64,000 bases of DNA from Caldilineales bacterium (GTDB lineage Bacteria; Chloroflexota; Anaerolineae; JAAEKA01), in the NCBI GenBank assembly GCA_025055015.1, contig JANWYQ010000055.1:41371-105370 (forward strand). Direction: 5' to 3'. A model generated the notes under the pieces. That model was not told where the DNA came from and searched no databases. It worked only from the letters and a program-made list of their open reading frames with translations. Position numbers and translations under genes: made by a program. Below, piece after piece: positions 9,744-19,360 of this stretch; position 1 is the stretch's first letter; each line of letters begins with the position of its first letter.

Positions 9744-9914
9744 ATGACCTACCAAACCAACTGTCCCGAGTGCGACGCCGTCCTTACCCTCACCGACCCC
9801 CTCCAGGGCGAAATCGTGCCCTGCCCCGACTGCGGTGTGGAGCTGGAGGTGGTGTCCGTAAGCCCGCTGACCCTGGACCTGGCGCCCGAGGAAGAGGAGG
9901 ACTGGGGCGAATGA
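9744..9914 (+). CDS. lysW: Amino-group carrier protein LysW
   Basis: CPEC..CPDC zinc ribbon and C-terminal EEEDWGE; AGGAG RBS before ATG 9744. Confidence 0.97.
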   Translation: MTYQTNCPECDAVLTLTDPLQGEIVPCPDCGVELEVVSVSPLTLDLAPEEEEDWGE

Positions 9915-10777
9915 CGCGCGTGGCCGTCCTCGTTTCCCGCATACGCGTCGAGGAGAAGCTGCTGCTGGCCAGCCTGGAGGCGGCCGGCGCGCAGGTGCAG
10001 GTGGTCAACGACGGGGAGCTGGTCTTCCGCCTGGGTGACGGCGTCACCCGGCTGGAGGCTGACGTGGCGCTGGAGCGCTCGGTGAGCACGGCGCGTGGGC
10101 TCTACGCTCTGCGCCTGCTGGAGGCCGCGGGCATGCCCACGGTCAACACCTACACGGTGGCCTCCACCTGCGCGGACAAGCTGCTGACCACCGCTGCGCT
10201 GACCGAGGCCGGCATACCCCAGCCGCAGGCGCGCGTCGCCTTCACGCCGGAGGCCGCTCTCCAAGCCATCGAGGAGCTGGGCTATCCGGTGGTGCTCAAG
10301 CCGGTGGTGGGCTCGTGGGGCCGGCTGCTCGCCCGGGTCAACGACCGAGACGCGGCCGAGGCGATCCTGGAGCATAAGGAGGTGCTGGGCTCCTACCTGC
10401 ACAGCATCGTCTACGTGCAGGAGTACATCGCCAAGCCGGGCCGCGACGTCCGCGCCTTCGTGGTGGGCGACGAGACTGTGGCGGCCATCTACCGTCGCTC
10501 CGACCACTGGATCACCAACACCGCTCGCGGGGGCCAGGCCGGCAACTGCCCGGTGACGCCGGAGATCAACGACCTGTGCCGCCGCGCCGCGCGTGCGGTG
10601 GGCGCAGGCGAAGCCGGCGCAGTGCTGGCCGTTGACCTGCTGGAGGACCCCGACCGCGGGCTGCTGGTCAACGAGGTTAACCACACCATGGAGTTCCGCA
10701 ACAGCATCGAGCCCACCGGCGTGGACATTCCGGGGCTGGTGGCGAGGTATGTGCTGGCGCGGGCGGGTGGCCGCTGA
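9911..10777 (+). CDS. lysX: Alpha-aminoadipate--LysW ligase LysX (RimK-family ATP-grasp)
   Basis: [37 protein letters not shown]; ATGA overlap with lysW. Confidence 0.95.
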   Translation: MTRVAVLVSRIRVEEKLLLASLEAAGAQVQVVNDGELVFRLGDGVTRLEADVALERSVSTARGLYALRLLEAAGMPTVNTYTVASTCADKLLTTAALTEAGIPQPQARVAFTPEAALQAIEELGYPVVLKPVVGSWGRLLARVNDRDAAEAILEHKEVLGSYLHSIVYVQEYIAKPGRDVRAFVVGDETVAAIYRRSDHWITNTARGGQAGNCPVTPEINDLCRRAARAVGAGEAGAVLAVDLLEDPDRGLLVNEVNHTMEFRNSIEPTGVDIPGLVARYVLARAGGR

Positions 10778-10891
10778 TCGGTAACCGATGACCGGTGACC
10801 GGTAGCTCGTAAGCCGCAACCCTCTGCGCGAAGAGACGACCGCTCACTGATCACCGATTACCGCTCACTGATCACCGTTCACCGTTCACCG
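10775..10891. repeat. Inverted pair of heptamer tandem arrays (TGAnCGG / CCGnTCA)
   Basis: tgatcgg taaccga tgaccgg tgaccgg ... ccgctca ctgatca ccgatta ccgctca ctgatca ccgttca ccgttca. Confidence 0.85.
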
Positions 10892-10899
10892 AGACAACC

Positions 10900-11973
10900 A
10901 TGACCGTACGAGCATCCATCGTCGGCGCGTCGGGCTACGGCGGCGGCGAGCTGCTGCGGCTGCTGCTGGCCCACCCCCACGTGGAGGTCGCCCAGGTGAC
11001 CTCGGAGTCCAACGCCGGCAACTACGTGCACAGCGTGCACCCCAACCTGCGGCCCGGCCTGGCCATGCGGCGGTATGCGGGCTACGCCAGCGGCCAGGGG
11101 CTGCGCTTCACCAGCATCGCCGAGCTGCAGCCGTGCGACGTGCTCTTCCTGGCCCTGCCCCACGGCGAGGCGCAGCGTCGCATCGAGCACTTCGCCGGCC
11201 TAGCCGAGCGCATCGTGGACCTGTCGGCCGACTTCCGGCTGCGGGACCCGGCCGCCTACCGCCAGCGCTACGGCGAGCCCCACCTTGCGCCGGCTTGGCT
11301 GGAGCGCTTCGTCTACGGCCTGCCGGAGCTGAACCGGGAGGCCATCCGCCAAACCCGCTACTGCAGCGGCGTGGGCTGCAACGCCACGGCCTCCATCCTG
11401 GCCCTGCTGCCGCTGCAGCGGGCCGGCCTCCTGCGCGCGGACCGGCCCATCGTGGTGGACGTCAAGGCCGGCTCCTCCGAGGGCGGCGCATCGCCCAGCC
11501 TGGCCTCGCACCACCCGGAGCGCAGCGGCGCAGTGCGCTCCTTTGCGCCCACCGGCCACCGCCACGAGGCCGAGGTGATCCAGGCCCTGGGCCGGGAGGA
11601 CATCTACCTCTCGGTGACGTCCATCGAGCTGGTGCGCGGGGTGTTAGCCACGGCCCATTGCTGGGTGGAGCCTGGGCTGACCGACAAGGACCTGTGGCGC
11701 GCCTACCGCGCCGCCTACGGCCAGGAACCCTTCGTGCGCATCGTGCACGAGCGGACCGGCGTCTATCGCCATCCGGAGCCCAAGCTGCTGGCCGGCACCA
11801 ACCTGGCCGACGTCGGCTGGGACCTGGACCCGGCCACCGGCCGGCTGGTGGCCCTGGCCGCGATTGACAACCTGGGCAAGGGCGCAGCCGGCAGCGCCGT
11901 GCAGTGCATGAACCTGATGCTCGGCCTCGACGAGACGGCTGGGCTGGAGTTTGTCGGGTTACATCCGGTGTGA
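10900..11973 (+). CDS. lysY: LysW-aminoadipyl-phosphate reductase LysY (ArgC family)
   Basis: GASGYGG, LALPHG, DLSADFRL, YGLPE, GCNAT, DNLGKGAAG. Confidence 0.93.
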   Translation: MTVRASIVGASGYGGGELLRLLLAHPHVEVAQVTSESNAGNYVHSVHPNLRPGLAMRRYAGYASGQGLRFTSIAELQPCDVLFLALPHGEAQRRIEHFAGLAERIVDLSADFRLRDPAAYRQRYGEPHLAPAWLERFVYGLPELNREAIRQTRYCSGVGCNATASILALLPLQRAGLLRADRPIVVDVKAGSSEGGASPSLASHHPERSGAVRSFAPTGHRHEAEVIQALGREDIYLSVTSIELVRGVLATAHCWVEPGLTDKDLWRAYRAAYGQEPFVRIVHERTGVYRHPEPKLLAGTNLADVGWDLDPATGRLVALAAIDNLGKGAAGSAVQCMNLMLGLDETAGLEFVGLHPV

Positions 11974-12055
11974 TCAGTAACCGGTGAACGGTAACCGGTA
12001 AGCAGTGACCGGACTGCCAACCACCGTTTGCCGTTTACCGATCACCGTTTATCGG
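11971..12055. repeat. Inverted pair of heptamer tandem arrays
   Basis: tgatcag taaccgg tgaacgg taaccgg taagcag tgaccgg ... ccgtttg ccgttta ccgatca ccgttta. Confidence 0.85.
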
Positions 12056-12067
12056 CATGGAGTAGAC

Positions 12068-12883
12068 ATGAACCCACTCGTCATCAAGGCCGGCGGCGGC
12101 GCGGGCGTGGACGTGGACGCGATCTGCCGGGACGTGGCAGCGCTGGCAGCGGCCGGGCAGCCGCTGGTGCTGGTGCACGGCACGTCGGCCGCCGCGGACG
12201 CGCTGGCGCAGCGAGCCGGCGTGCCTGTGCGCACCCTGACCTCCCCCTCCGGCCACGTCAGCCGGTACACCGACCCGGAAACGCTGGAGATCTACGTGGC
12301 CGCAGCGGCCGGCCAGGTGAACAAGCGCATCGTGGCCACCCTGCAGGGGCTGGGCTGCAACGCGGTGGGCCTGTCGGGCGTGGACGGCCGCCTGCTGCTG
12401 GCCGAGCGCAAGGACGCCGTGCGCGCGGTGGAGGCCGGCCGGCAGCGCATCGTGCGGGACGACTACACCGGCCGGCTGGTGTCGGTCAACGCGGACCTGC
12501 TGCGGCTGCTGCTGGCCGCGGGCTACACGCCGGTGGTCGCGCCCCTGGCTTTGGGCACGCAGGCTGAGCGGCTCAACGTGGACGGCGACCGTGCGGCGGC
12601 GCTGGTGGCCGTGGGCCTGGCGGCCGCCAAGCTGGTCATTCTCACCAACGTGCCAGGCCTGCTGGCCAGCTTTCCCGACGAGGCCAGCCTGGTGCGCCAT
12701 GTGCCGGCCGACCGTCTGGACTGGGCCGAGGGCCTGGCCCAAGGGCGCATGAAGAAGAAGGTGCTGGCCGCGCGCGAGGCCCTGGCCGGCGGCGTCCCCA
12801 CCGTCATCCTGGCCGACTCGCGCGTGCCTCAGCCGGTGCAGGCGGCGCTGGCGGGCAGCGGGACGTGGATCGGTGAACGGTAA
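12068..12883 (+). CDS. lysZ: LysW-aminoadipate kinase LysZ (ArgB family)
   Basis: VIKAGG, LVHG, SRYTD, LNVDGDRAA, GRMKKK; GGAG RBS before ATG 12068. Confidence 0.93.
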   Translation: MNPLVIKAGGGAGVDVDAICRDVAALAAAGQPLVLVHGTSAAADALAQRAGVPVRTLTSPSGHVSRYTDPETLEIYVAAAAGQVNKRIVATLQGLGCNAVGLSGVDGRLLLAERKDAVRAVEAGRQRIVRDDYTGRLVSVNADLLRLLLAAGYTPVVAPLALGTQAERLNVDGDRAAALVAVGLAAAKLVILTNVPGLLASFPDEASLVRHVPADRLDWAEGLAQGRMKKKVLAAREALAGGVPTVILADSRVPQPVQAALAGSGTWIGER

Positions 12884-14065
12884 ATGGACCCCACAGCCAT
12901 CATATCCATCGAGTCCGCCCACACCTCCGGCGTTTACCCGAAGCGGCCGGTGGCCATCGTGCGCGGGCAGGGCGCGCGGGTGTGGGACGCCGAGGGCAAC
13001 GAGTACGTTGACTGCGTGGGCGGCCAGGGCGCAGCCAACCTGGGCCACGCCCACCCGGCCATCGTGGCCGCCGTCACCCAGCAGGCCGCGCAGCTCATCT
13101 CCTGCCCGGAGATCTTCCACAACGACCGCCGGGCGGAGCTGTTGGCAGCCCTGGCCCAGGCCGCGCCGGCCGGCCTGCAGCGAGCCTTCCTGTGCAACTC
13201 CGGCGCCGAGGCGGTGGAGGCGGCCATCAAGTTCGCCTGGCTGAGCACCGGCCGTCGGCAGATCGTAGCCTGTCAACGGGGCTTCCACGGCCGCACCCTG
13301 GGCGCACTGTCTGCCACCTGGGAGCCCAAGTACCGCGAGCCTTTCGAGCCGCTGGTGCCCGGCTTTCGCCACGTGCCCTACAACGACGTGGACGCGCTGG
13401 AGCAGGCCGTGGACGACCAGACCGCTGCGGTGCTGCTGGAGGTGGTGCAGGGCGAGGGCGGGGTGCGGCCCGGCGATCCGGCCTTCCTGCTGGCCGCGCA
13501 GCGCCTCTGCCGCGAGCGGGGCGCGCTGCTGATCGTGGACGAGGTGCAGACCGGCTACGGTCGCACCGGTCGTCTCTTCGCCTGTCAGCACTACGGCCTG
13601 GAGCCCGACCTGATGCCCATCGCCAAGTCCATGGCCGGCGGCCTGCCCATGGGCGCGTGTCTGATCGGACCTCGGGTGGGCGAGCTGGCCAAGCTGACCC
13701 ACGGCAGCACCTTCGGCGGCAACCCATTGGCCTGTGCAGCGGCCCTGGCTACGCTGCACGTCATGGCTGCCGAGGACCTGCCCGGCCGGGCAGCCCGCCT
13801 GGGCGCCTGGCTGCTGGAGCGCCTGCGGGCCATCCGCTCGCCGCTGATCCGCGAGGTGCGCGGCCTGGGCCTGCTGGTGGGCATCGAGCTCAAGGTCAAG
13901 GTCACGCCGATTTTGCAGCGGCTGCAGGCGCGCGGCGTCCTGGCTCTGCCCGCCGGCGCCGCCGTTCTCCGCCTCCTGCCGCCCTTGGTCATCGAGCAGG
14001 AGGACCTGGAGCGCGTGGCGCAGGCGATTGAGGCGGAGCTGGGACGAGGCACGAGCAACGAGTAA
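12884..14065 (+). CDS. lysJ: LysW-aminoadipate-semialdehyde aminotransferase LysJ (ArgD family)
   Basis: NSGAEAVE, FHGRT, VQGEGG, DEVQTGYGRTG, AKSMAGG, TFGGNPL. Confidence 0.92.
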   Translation: MDPTAIISIESAHTSGVYPKRPVAIVRGQGARVWDAEGNEYVDCVGGQGAANLGHAHPAIVAAVTQQAAQLISCPEIFHNDRRAELLAALAQAAPAGLQRAFLCNSGAEAVEAAIKFAWLSTGRRQIVACQRGFHGRTLGALSATWEPKYREPFEPLVPGFRHVPYNDVDALEQAVDDQTAAVLLEVVQGEGGVRPGDPAFLLAAQRLCRERGALLIVDEVQTGYGRTGRLFACQHYGLEPDLMPIAKSMAGGLPMGACLIGPRVGELAKLTHGSTFGGNPLACAAALATLHVMAAEDLPGRAARLGAWLLERLRAIRSPLIREVRGLGLLVGIELKVKVTPILQRLQARGVLALPAGAAVLRLLPPLVIEQEDLERVAQAIEAELGRGTSNE

Positions 14066-14255
14066 CGCTTGCATCTGCGCTGCGCTCTGTCGCCAGTGCA
14101 GATGTACATAACCCGGATCCGTCCCACCACTTCCGGTGACGCATCACCTACGACGCACCACACGGTCCCGAACACTGGGCAACCCGGAGACGGCCACCAC
14201 CACTCCGGCTGCGCGGGACGCCTCACTCGTTACGCATCAGTTCCCGGAGCCCCCT

Positions 14256-15407
14256 ATGTCCCTGGAAAACTACAACATCATCGAGTCGACCCTCCGCGAG
14301 GGTGAACAGTTCGTCGGCGCGCAGTTCACGCGCGAGCAGAAGATCCGCATTGCCCAGGCGCTGGACGGCCTCGGCGTGGAGTACCTGGAGCTCACGTCGC
14401 CGTTGGCCTCGCCCGGCAGCCTGGAGGACATCAAGGCCATCGTTGGCCTGGGCCTTCATGCCCGCATCCTCACCCACATCCGCTGCCACAAGGAAGACGC
14501 CAAGGTGGCGCTGGACACCGGCGTGGACGGCATTGACGTGGTGATCGGCACCTCGTCGCAGCTGCGCCAGTTCAGCCACGGCAAGAGCATTGACGAGATC
14601 ATTGACCTGGCGGCTGAGGTGTTGACCTTCATCCGCAGCCAGGCGCCGGGCATTGAGCTGCGCTTCAGCACCGAGGACTCCTTTCGCAGCGAGGAGAAGG
14701 ACCTGCTGCGAGTCTACCTGGCCGTGGACCGGCTGGGGGTGGTCAACCGCCTGGGCATCGCCGACACTGTGGGCATTGCCACGCCCAGCCAGGTGCTGCG
14801 CCTGGTGAGCACCCTGCGCCGGCTCACCACCGCCGACATCGAGTTCCACGGCCACAACGACTCCGGCTGCGCGGTGGCCAACGCCTTCGCCGCGCTGGAG
14901 GGCGGCGCGACGCATGTGGACACCAGCGTGCTGGGCATCGGCGAGCGCAACGGCATCACCCCCCTGGGCGCGTTCATCGCCCGCATGTACACCTACGACC
15001 GCGAGACGGTGAAGCGCAAATATCGTCTGGATCGCCTGCGCCGGGTGGAGCTGATGGTGGCCGAGATGGTGGGCGTGGACATCCCCTTCAACAACCCCAT
15101 CACCGGCTTCTGCGCCTTTACCCACAAGGCCGGCATCCACGCCAAGGCCATCCTCAACAAGCCGGAGACCTACGAGGCCCTGGATCCCACCGACTTCGGC
15201 CTGACCCGCTACATCTCCATCGCCCATCGCCTGACCGGCTGGAACGCGGTCAAGGCTCGCGCCGAGCAGCTCGGCCTGAGCCTCACCGACGAGCAGATCA
15301 AGTCCCTCACCCAGCACATCAAGGCCCTGGCCGACGAAAAGCCGCTAGGGCTGGACGATGTGGATGAGCTGTTGCACACGTGGGGGAATGGAGTGGGTGG
15401 TAACTGA
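14256..15407 (+). CDS. hcs: Homocitrate synthase
   Basis: [43 protein letters not shown]; start placed at the ATG after GGAG. Confidence 0.92.
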   Translation: MSLENYNIIESTLREGEQFVGAQFTREQKIRIAQALDGLGVEYLELTSPLASPGSLEDIKAIVGLGLHARILTHIRCHKEDAKVALDTGVDGIDVVIGTSSQLRQFSHGKSIDEIIDLAAEVLTFIRSQAPGIELRFSTEDSFRSEEKDLLRVYLAVDRLGVVNRLGIADTVGIATPSQVLRLVSTLRRLTTADIEFHGHNDSGCAVANAFAALEGGATHVDTSVLGIGERNGITPLGAFIARMYTYDRETVKRKYRLDRLRRVELMVAEMVGVDIPFNNPITGFCAFTHKAGIHAKAILNKPETYEALDPTDFGLTRYISIAHRLTGWNAVKARAEQLGLSLTDEQIKSLTQHIKALADEKPLGLDDVDELLHTWGNGVGGN

Positions 15408-15417
15408 GGAGTACGCC

Positions 15418-17526
15418 ATGCCTTACACCTTCGCCGAAAAAGCCTTGGCCCGCGCGGCCGGTTTGCGCAGCGCCGTGGTCGGGCAGATCGTAGACGTCAC
15501 CCCTGACGTGGCCCTCAGCCATGACAACACGGCTGCCATCGCCCGCATCTTCCGATCGCTAGGCGCAGAGCGGGTCAAACATCCGGAGCGGCTGGCCATT
15601 ACCCTGGACCACGCGGTGCCCGCGCCCACCACGCTCCACGCCACCAACCACGCGGAGGTGCGTCGCTTCGTGGCCGAGCAAGGCATCCGCCATTTCTTCG
15701 AGGCCGGCCGCGGCATCTGCCACCAGGTGCTCAGCGAGGAGGCGCTGGTGCTGCCCGGCCAGACGGTCCTGGGCGCGGACAGCCACACCACGCACTTCGG
15801 CTGGCTGGGCGCCTTCGGCGCGGGCATCGGCCGCAGCGAGATGGCAGCCATCTGGGCCACCGGCCAGCTCTGGCTGCGGGTGCCGGAGACCATCCGCGTT
15901 GACCTGGTGGGTGAGCTGCCGCCGGGCGTCACCGCCAAGGACCTGAGCCTGGTGGTGTTGCAGATGCTGGGCGAGGAGGCCGGCATCTACCGCGCCTTGG
16001 AGTTCGGCGGGCCCGGCCTGGCCACCCTAAGCCTGGAGAGCCGCATGGTGATCCCCAACATGATGGCCGAGGCTGGGGCGAAGAGCGCGTACCTGCCGCC
16101 GGACGAGGCGGTGTTTCGGTGGTTGGCGGAGCGGCTGGTGCGGAGGCGGGAGGGGAAAAGGAGGGAAAGGAGGGAAAGGAGGGAGCTGGGGGAGCTAGGG
16201 GAACCAGAGGAACTGGGGGAGGTGGTGGAGCGGCTGAGGGCGATGGCGCTGTACCCTGACCCGGACGCGACCTACGTGGCGCGCTACGAGGTGAACCTGT
16301 CGGCCCTGGAGCCGGTGGTGGCGTGTCCCCATCATCCGGCCAACGTGGCGCCGCTGTCGCAGGTGGCAGGGACGCGGGTGGACCAGGCCTTCCTGGGCAC
16401 CTGCACCAACGGCCGGCTGGAGGACCTGGCCGAGGCTGCGGCGGTGCTGCGGGCCCCCGACGGCCGGGTGCGGCGGGTGGCGCCCGGCACGCGGCTGCTG
16501 GTGATCCCCGCCTCCAGCGAAGTGCTTCAGGCTGCGCTGGCCGCGGGCTACCTCGAGACCTTCCTGCAGGCCGGAGCCATGATCGGCACCCCCGGCTGCG
16601 GTCCCTGCATGGGCAACCACATGGGCATCCCCGCGCCGGGCGAGGTGACTATTAGCAGCGCCACCCGCAACTGCCGCGGGCGCATGGGCACGGCCGAGAG
16701 CGAGGTCTACCTGGCCAGCCCGGCAGTGGTGGCGGCGTCGGCGGTCTTGGGCCGTATTGCGGATCCGCGGGAGGTCATCGGAGACGGGAAGGAGGAGAGG
16801 AAGGAGCGTAGGGCGAGGAGGGACAAGGCGGAGACGCAGAGGTGGTGGAGGGTTGTGCACGAGATACCGGAGGTGGCAGCAGTCCCGCAGGCGGCGCTCG
16901 CCGGAGGTCGGCCGGCAGGCAGGCGGCAGGCAGCAGACGGTCCGGGGTTAGCGGATCCCGCTGACGGGGCCGGCGCTCCACCCCACCACCCAACCAATTT
17001 ACCGATCCACCAACCTACCGACCACCTCTCCCCCTCTGCCTTCTCCGGCCGCGCCTGGAAGTACGGCGACAACGTCAATACCGACGTGATCTTCCCCGGC
17101 AAGTACACCTACACCCTGCGCGAGCCCAGCGAGTGGGCGAAGCACGCGCTGGAGGACCTAGACCCGACCTTTGCGGCCAACGTGCAGCCTGGCGATATCA
17201 TCGTGGCCGGCCGCAACTGGGGCTGTGGCTCCAGCCGTGAGCAGGCCGTGGGCGCGCTCAAGGCTGCCGGCGTGCGCGCCATCGTGGCCGCCAGCTTTGC
17301 CCGCATCTACTTCCGCAACGCGGTCAACAACGGCATCCTGCCCATCGTCTGCCCCGAGGCCGTGGCCGCCATCCAGCCCGGCGAGACCGTCACCGTGGAC
17401 CCGGAGCGCTGCATCGTGCGCTGCGCAGCCGGCGACTTCCCCTTCCCTCCCCTGTCCGACTCGCTGAGAGCCATCGTGGCGGCGGGGGGATTGGTGGAGA
17501 TGTTGAGAGCAACACGTAATGCGTAA
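15418..17526 (+). CDS. Homoaconitase, large (LysT/LeuC-like) and small (LysU/LeuD-like) subunits fused
   Basis: GICHQ, GADSHT, GTCTNGR, GCGPCMG, then after a low-complexity linker [31 protein letters not shown]; one reading frame. Confidence 0.9.
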   Translation: MPYTFAEKALARAAGLRSAVVGQIVDVTPDVALSHDNTAAIARIFRSLGAERVKHPERLAITLDHAVPAPTTLHATNHAEVRRFVAEQGIRHFFEAGRGICHQVLSEEALVLPGQTVLGADSHTTHFGWLGAFGAGIGRSEMAAIWATGQLWLRVPETIRVDLVGELPPGVTAKDLSLVVLQMLGEEAGIYRALEFGGPGLATLSLESRMVIPNMMAEAGAKSAYLPPDEAVFRWLAERLVRRREGKRRERRERRELGELGEPEELGEVVERLRAMALYPDPDATYVARYEVNLSALEPVVACPHHPANVAPLSQVAGTRVDQAFLGTCTNGRLEDLAEAAAVLRAPDGRVRRVAPGTRLLVIPASSEVLQAALAAGYLETFLQAGAMIGTPGCGPCMGNHMGIPAPGEVTISSATRNCRGRMGTAESEVYLASPAVVAASAVLGRIADPREVIGDGKEERKERRARRDKAETQRWWRVVHEIPEVAAVPQAALAGGRPAGRRQAADGPGLADPADGAGAPPHHPTNLPIHQPTDHLSPSAFSGRAWKYGDNVNTDVIFPGKYTYTLREPSEWAKHALEDLDPTFAANVQPGDIIVAGRNWGCGSSREQAVGALKAAGVRAIVAASFARIYFRNAVNNGILPIVCPEAVAAIQPGETVTVDPERCIVRCAAGDFPFPPLSDSLRAIVAAGGLVEMLRATRNA

Positions 17527-17594
17527 CCCGCAGCTGGTGTGGCGCAGGTGTTAGGGATGGTAGGAGCTCCGTTGACGCGGGTTCGATCGCCGGG

Positions 17595-17729
17595 CTAGCG
17601 TGGTGCAGGTGAAAGTTGGCCGTTCTCGTCCGCCGCTAGGACGGTCAGCTCCAGCATTGGGAAAGGGTAGCCAGCCCGATTGCGCAGATGCCGGATCAGG
17701 ATGCCCGTGTCCAACAGATATGCCGGCAT
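17595..17729 (-). pseudogene. Internally deleted PIN-domain (VapC-like) toxin
   Basis: 44 aa: MPAYLLDTGILIRHLRNRAGYPFPMLELTVLAADENGQLSPAPR; PIN N-terminal YLLDT motif but far too short; starts 2 nt after the antitoxin stop. Confidence 0.7.
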
Positions 17730-17731
17730 GT

Positions 17732-18010
17732 TCACACGCCTTCTGCCCGATCCCACTCCAGCCGAGCGCGCCCCTCAGCGATCCACCGATCAATAGCGGG
17801 GCCATCGGCCAGCTCCGGATGGTCTGCATCCTGCCAGGCGCCGGCGCTGGCCTCCAAGGCAGCTTCCACCTGGATGCGCCGTAGCTCGCGCTCGACAGCC
17901 TCGGCGATAAATCGAGCCCGCTGCCGCGGCGGCACGAGATCGCGCAAGGCCCTGGCTACGTCTGCCGGCAGCAACACGTTCACACGCATGGGAGGTGATG
18001 AATTGGTCAC
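17732..18010 (-). CDS. Ribbon-helix-helix (VapB-like) antitoxin
   Basis: RVNVLLP..V...L..LVP.RQRARFI.EAVERE, then GAW.D.DHPEL...IDRW; GTG start after GGAG. Confidence 0.75.
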   Translation of the reverse strand: MTNSSPPMRVNVLLPADVARALRDLVPPRQRARFIAEAVERELRRIQVEAALEASAGAWQDADHPELADGPAIDRWIAEGRARLEWDRAEGV

Positions 18011-18024
18011 GGCGCACTCCGTAG

Positions 18025-18072
18025 GCACAGAAGTTTGTGCTTTCATTCTAAACACATCGAGGAGAGTGTCAA
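18025..18072 (-). promoter_or_regulatory. Promoter of the antitoxin cassette with a putative operator
   Basis: Minus strand TTGACA-N16-TAGAAT (18072-18045), followed by the palindrome GCACA-N6-TGTGC (18025-18040). Confidence 0.65.
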
Positions 18073-18234
18073 GAGCCGATAGCTGTAACACACGTAACGC
18101 GTAGTGTGTAATCCAAAGCTTGTGCAAGGTGTCTGCTCACTTCCGCCCAAGAGTTACGTCTTACCTGTGGCGCACGACTCGTTATGCCCCCGACAAGTCC
18201 TGCCACACTGCACTTGTCCCACGAGGAACCTCCC

Positions 18235-19287
18235 ATGCCCACTATCTGTCTCATCCCCGGCGACGGCGTCGGCCAGGAGGTGATCCCGGCCGCAGCGCGA
18301 GTGTTGACGACGGTCGCGCCTGACTTGGCCTTTGTGGAGGCCGAGGCCGGCTGGGCGTGCTTCCTGCGCTGCGGCACGGCCCTGCCCGACGAGACCCTGG
18401 CCGCCGTAGCCGCTGCGGACGCCACCCTCTTCGGCGCCACCCAGTCGCCTAGCACGCCGGTGGAGGGCTACCGCAGCCCCATCCTGGCCCTGCGCCAGCA
18501 CTTCGACCTCTACGCTAACTTGCGGCCTACCTGGACGATGCTGCCCGGCCAACCGGCTCTTGACCTCCTCCTCGTCCGCGAGAACACCGAGTGTCTCTAC
18601 GTCGGCCGCGAGCGCCGGGAGGGCGATGCGGCCATCGCCGAGCGCGTCATCACCCGCCGCGCCAGCCAACGCATTGCCCACGTCGCCTTCCAGCACGCGC
18701 GGCGGCGCGCGCAACAACCCTCCGCCTCATTGGCCACTGACAGTTTACCATTGACCATTGGCCAGTCCGCCGTCACCGTCGTTCACAAAGCTAACGTCCT
18801 CAAGCTCACCGACGGCCTGTTCCGAGAGGCGTGCCTGGAGGTGGCTCAAGCGTACCCCGACGTGCGGGTCAACGAGATGCTGGTGGACGCGGCCGCCATG
18901 TGGCTGGTGAAGAACCCCGGCCGCTTCGACGTGATCGTCACCACCAACCTTTTCGGCGACATCCTCTCCGACCTGGCCGCCGGGCTGGTGGGCGGGCTGG
19001 GCGTGGCGCCCTCGGCCAACGTGGGCGCGGGCCGGGTGGCCGTCTTCGAGCCGGTGCACGGCAGCGCGCCCGATATCGCCGGCCAGGGGATCGCCAACCC
19101 GGTGGGCGCCATCCTCAGCGCAGCGATGCTCCTGGACCACATCGGCCGGCCGGAGGCTGCGCGCCGGGTGCGCAGCGCTGTGGCCGAGACGCTGGCCTGT
19201 GGTACAATAACCCCCGACCTAGGCGGCGCGGCCTCCACCGACGAGGTGACGGCGGCGGTCGTCAGACACGCCAGCGCCCAGCGTTAG
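18235..19287 (+). CDS. Homoisocitrate dehydrogenase (IDH/IPMDH family)
   Basis: [50 protein letters not shown]; operon context. Confidence 0.9.
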   Translation: MPTICLIPGDGVGQEVIPAAARVLTTVAPDLAFVEAEAGWACFLRCGTALPDETLAAVAAADATLFGATQSPSTPVEGYRSPILALRQHFDLYANLRPTWTMLPGQPALDLLLVRENTECLYVGRERREGDAAIAERVITRRASQRIAHVAFQHARRRAQQPSASLATDSLPLTIGQSAVTVVHKANVLKLTDGLFREACLEVAQAYPDVRVNEMLVDAAAMWLVKNPGRFDVIVTTNLFGDILSDLAAGLVGGLGVAPSANVGAGRVAVFEPVHGSAPDIAGQGIANPVGAILSAAMLLDHIGRPEAARRVRSAVAETLACGTITPDLGGAASTDEVTAAVVRHASAQR

Positions 19288-19360
19288 TGGCCCAGGTTGC
19301 GCCAGCTGAGCGGTAGGCTGTTGGCGCCAAGCCGTAGCCACTAGGCTCCGGAGGTGAGCT

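Noticed and set aside
9617-9910. N-terminal extensions of lysX and lysW (and similarly hcs, lysT, hicdh, pdaD and others) in the ORF track
   Set aside because: They overlap regulatory or upstream coding sequence; downstream starts with RBS and family-typical N-termini were used instead
12035-14074. 679-aa minus-strand ORF and many other long overlapping ORFs (e.g. 22707-24308, 36629-38101, 45190-46635)
   Set aside because: Shadow frames of well-supported genes in high-GC DNA; no motifs
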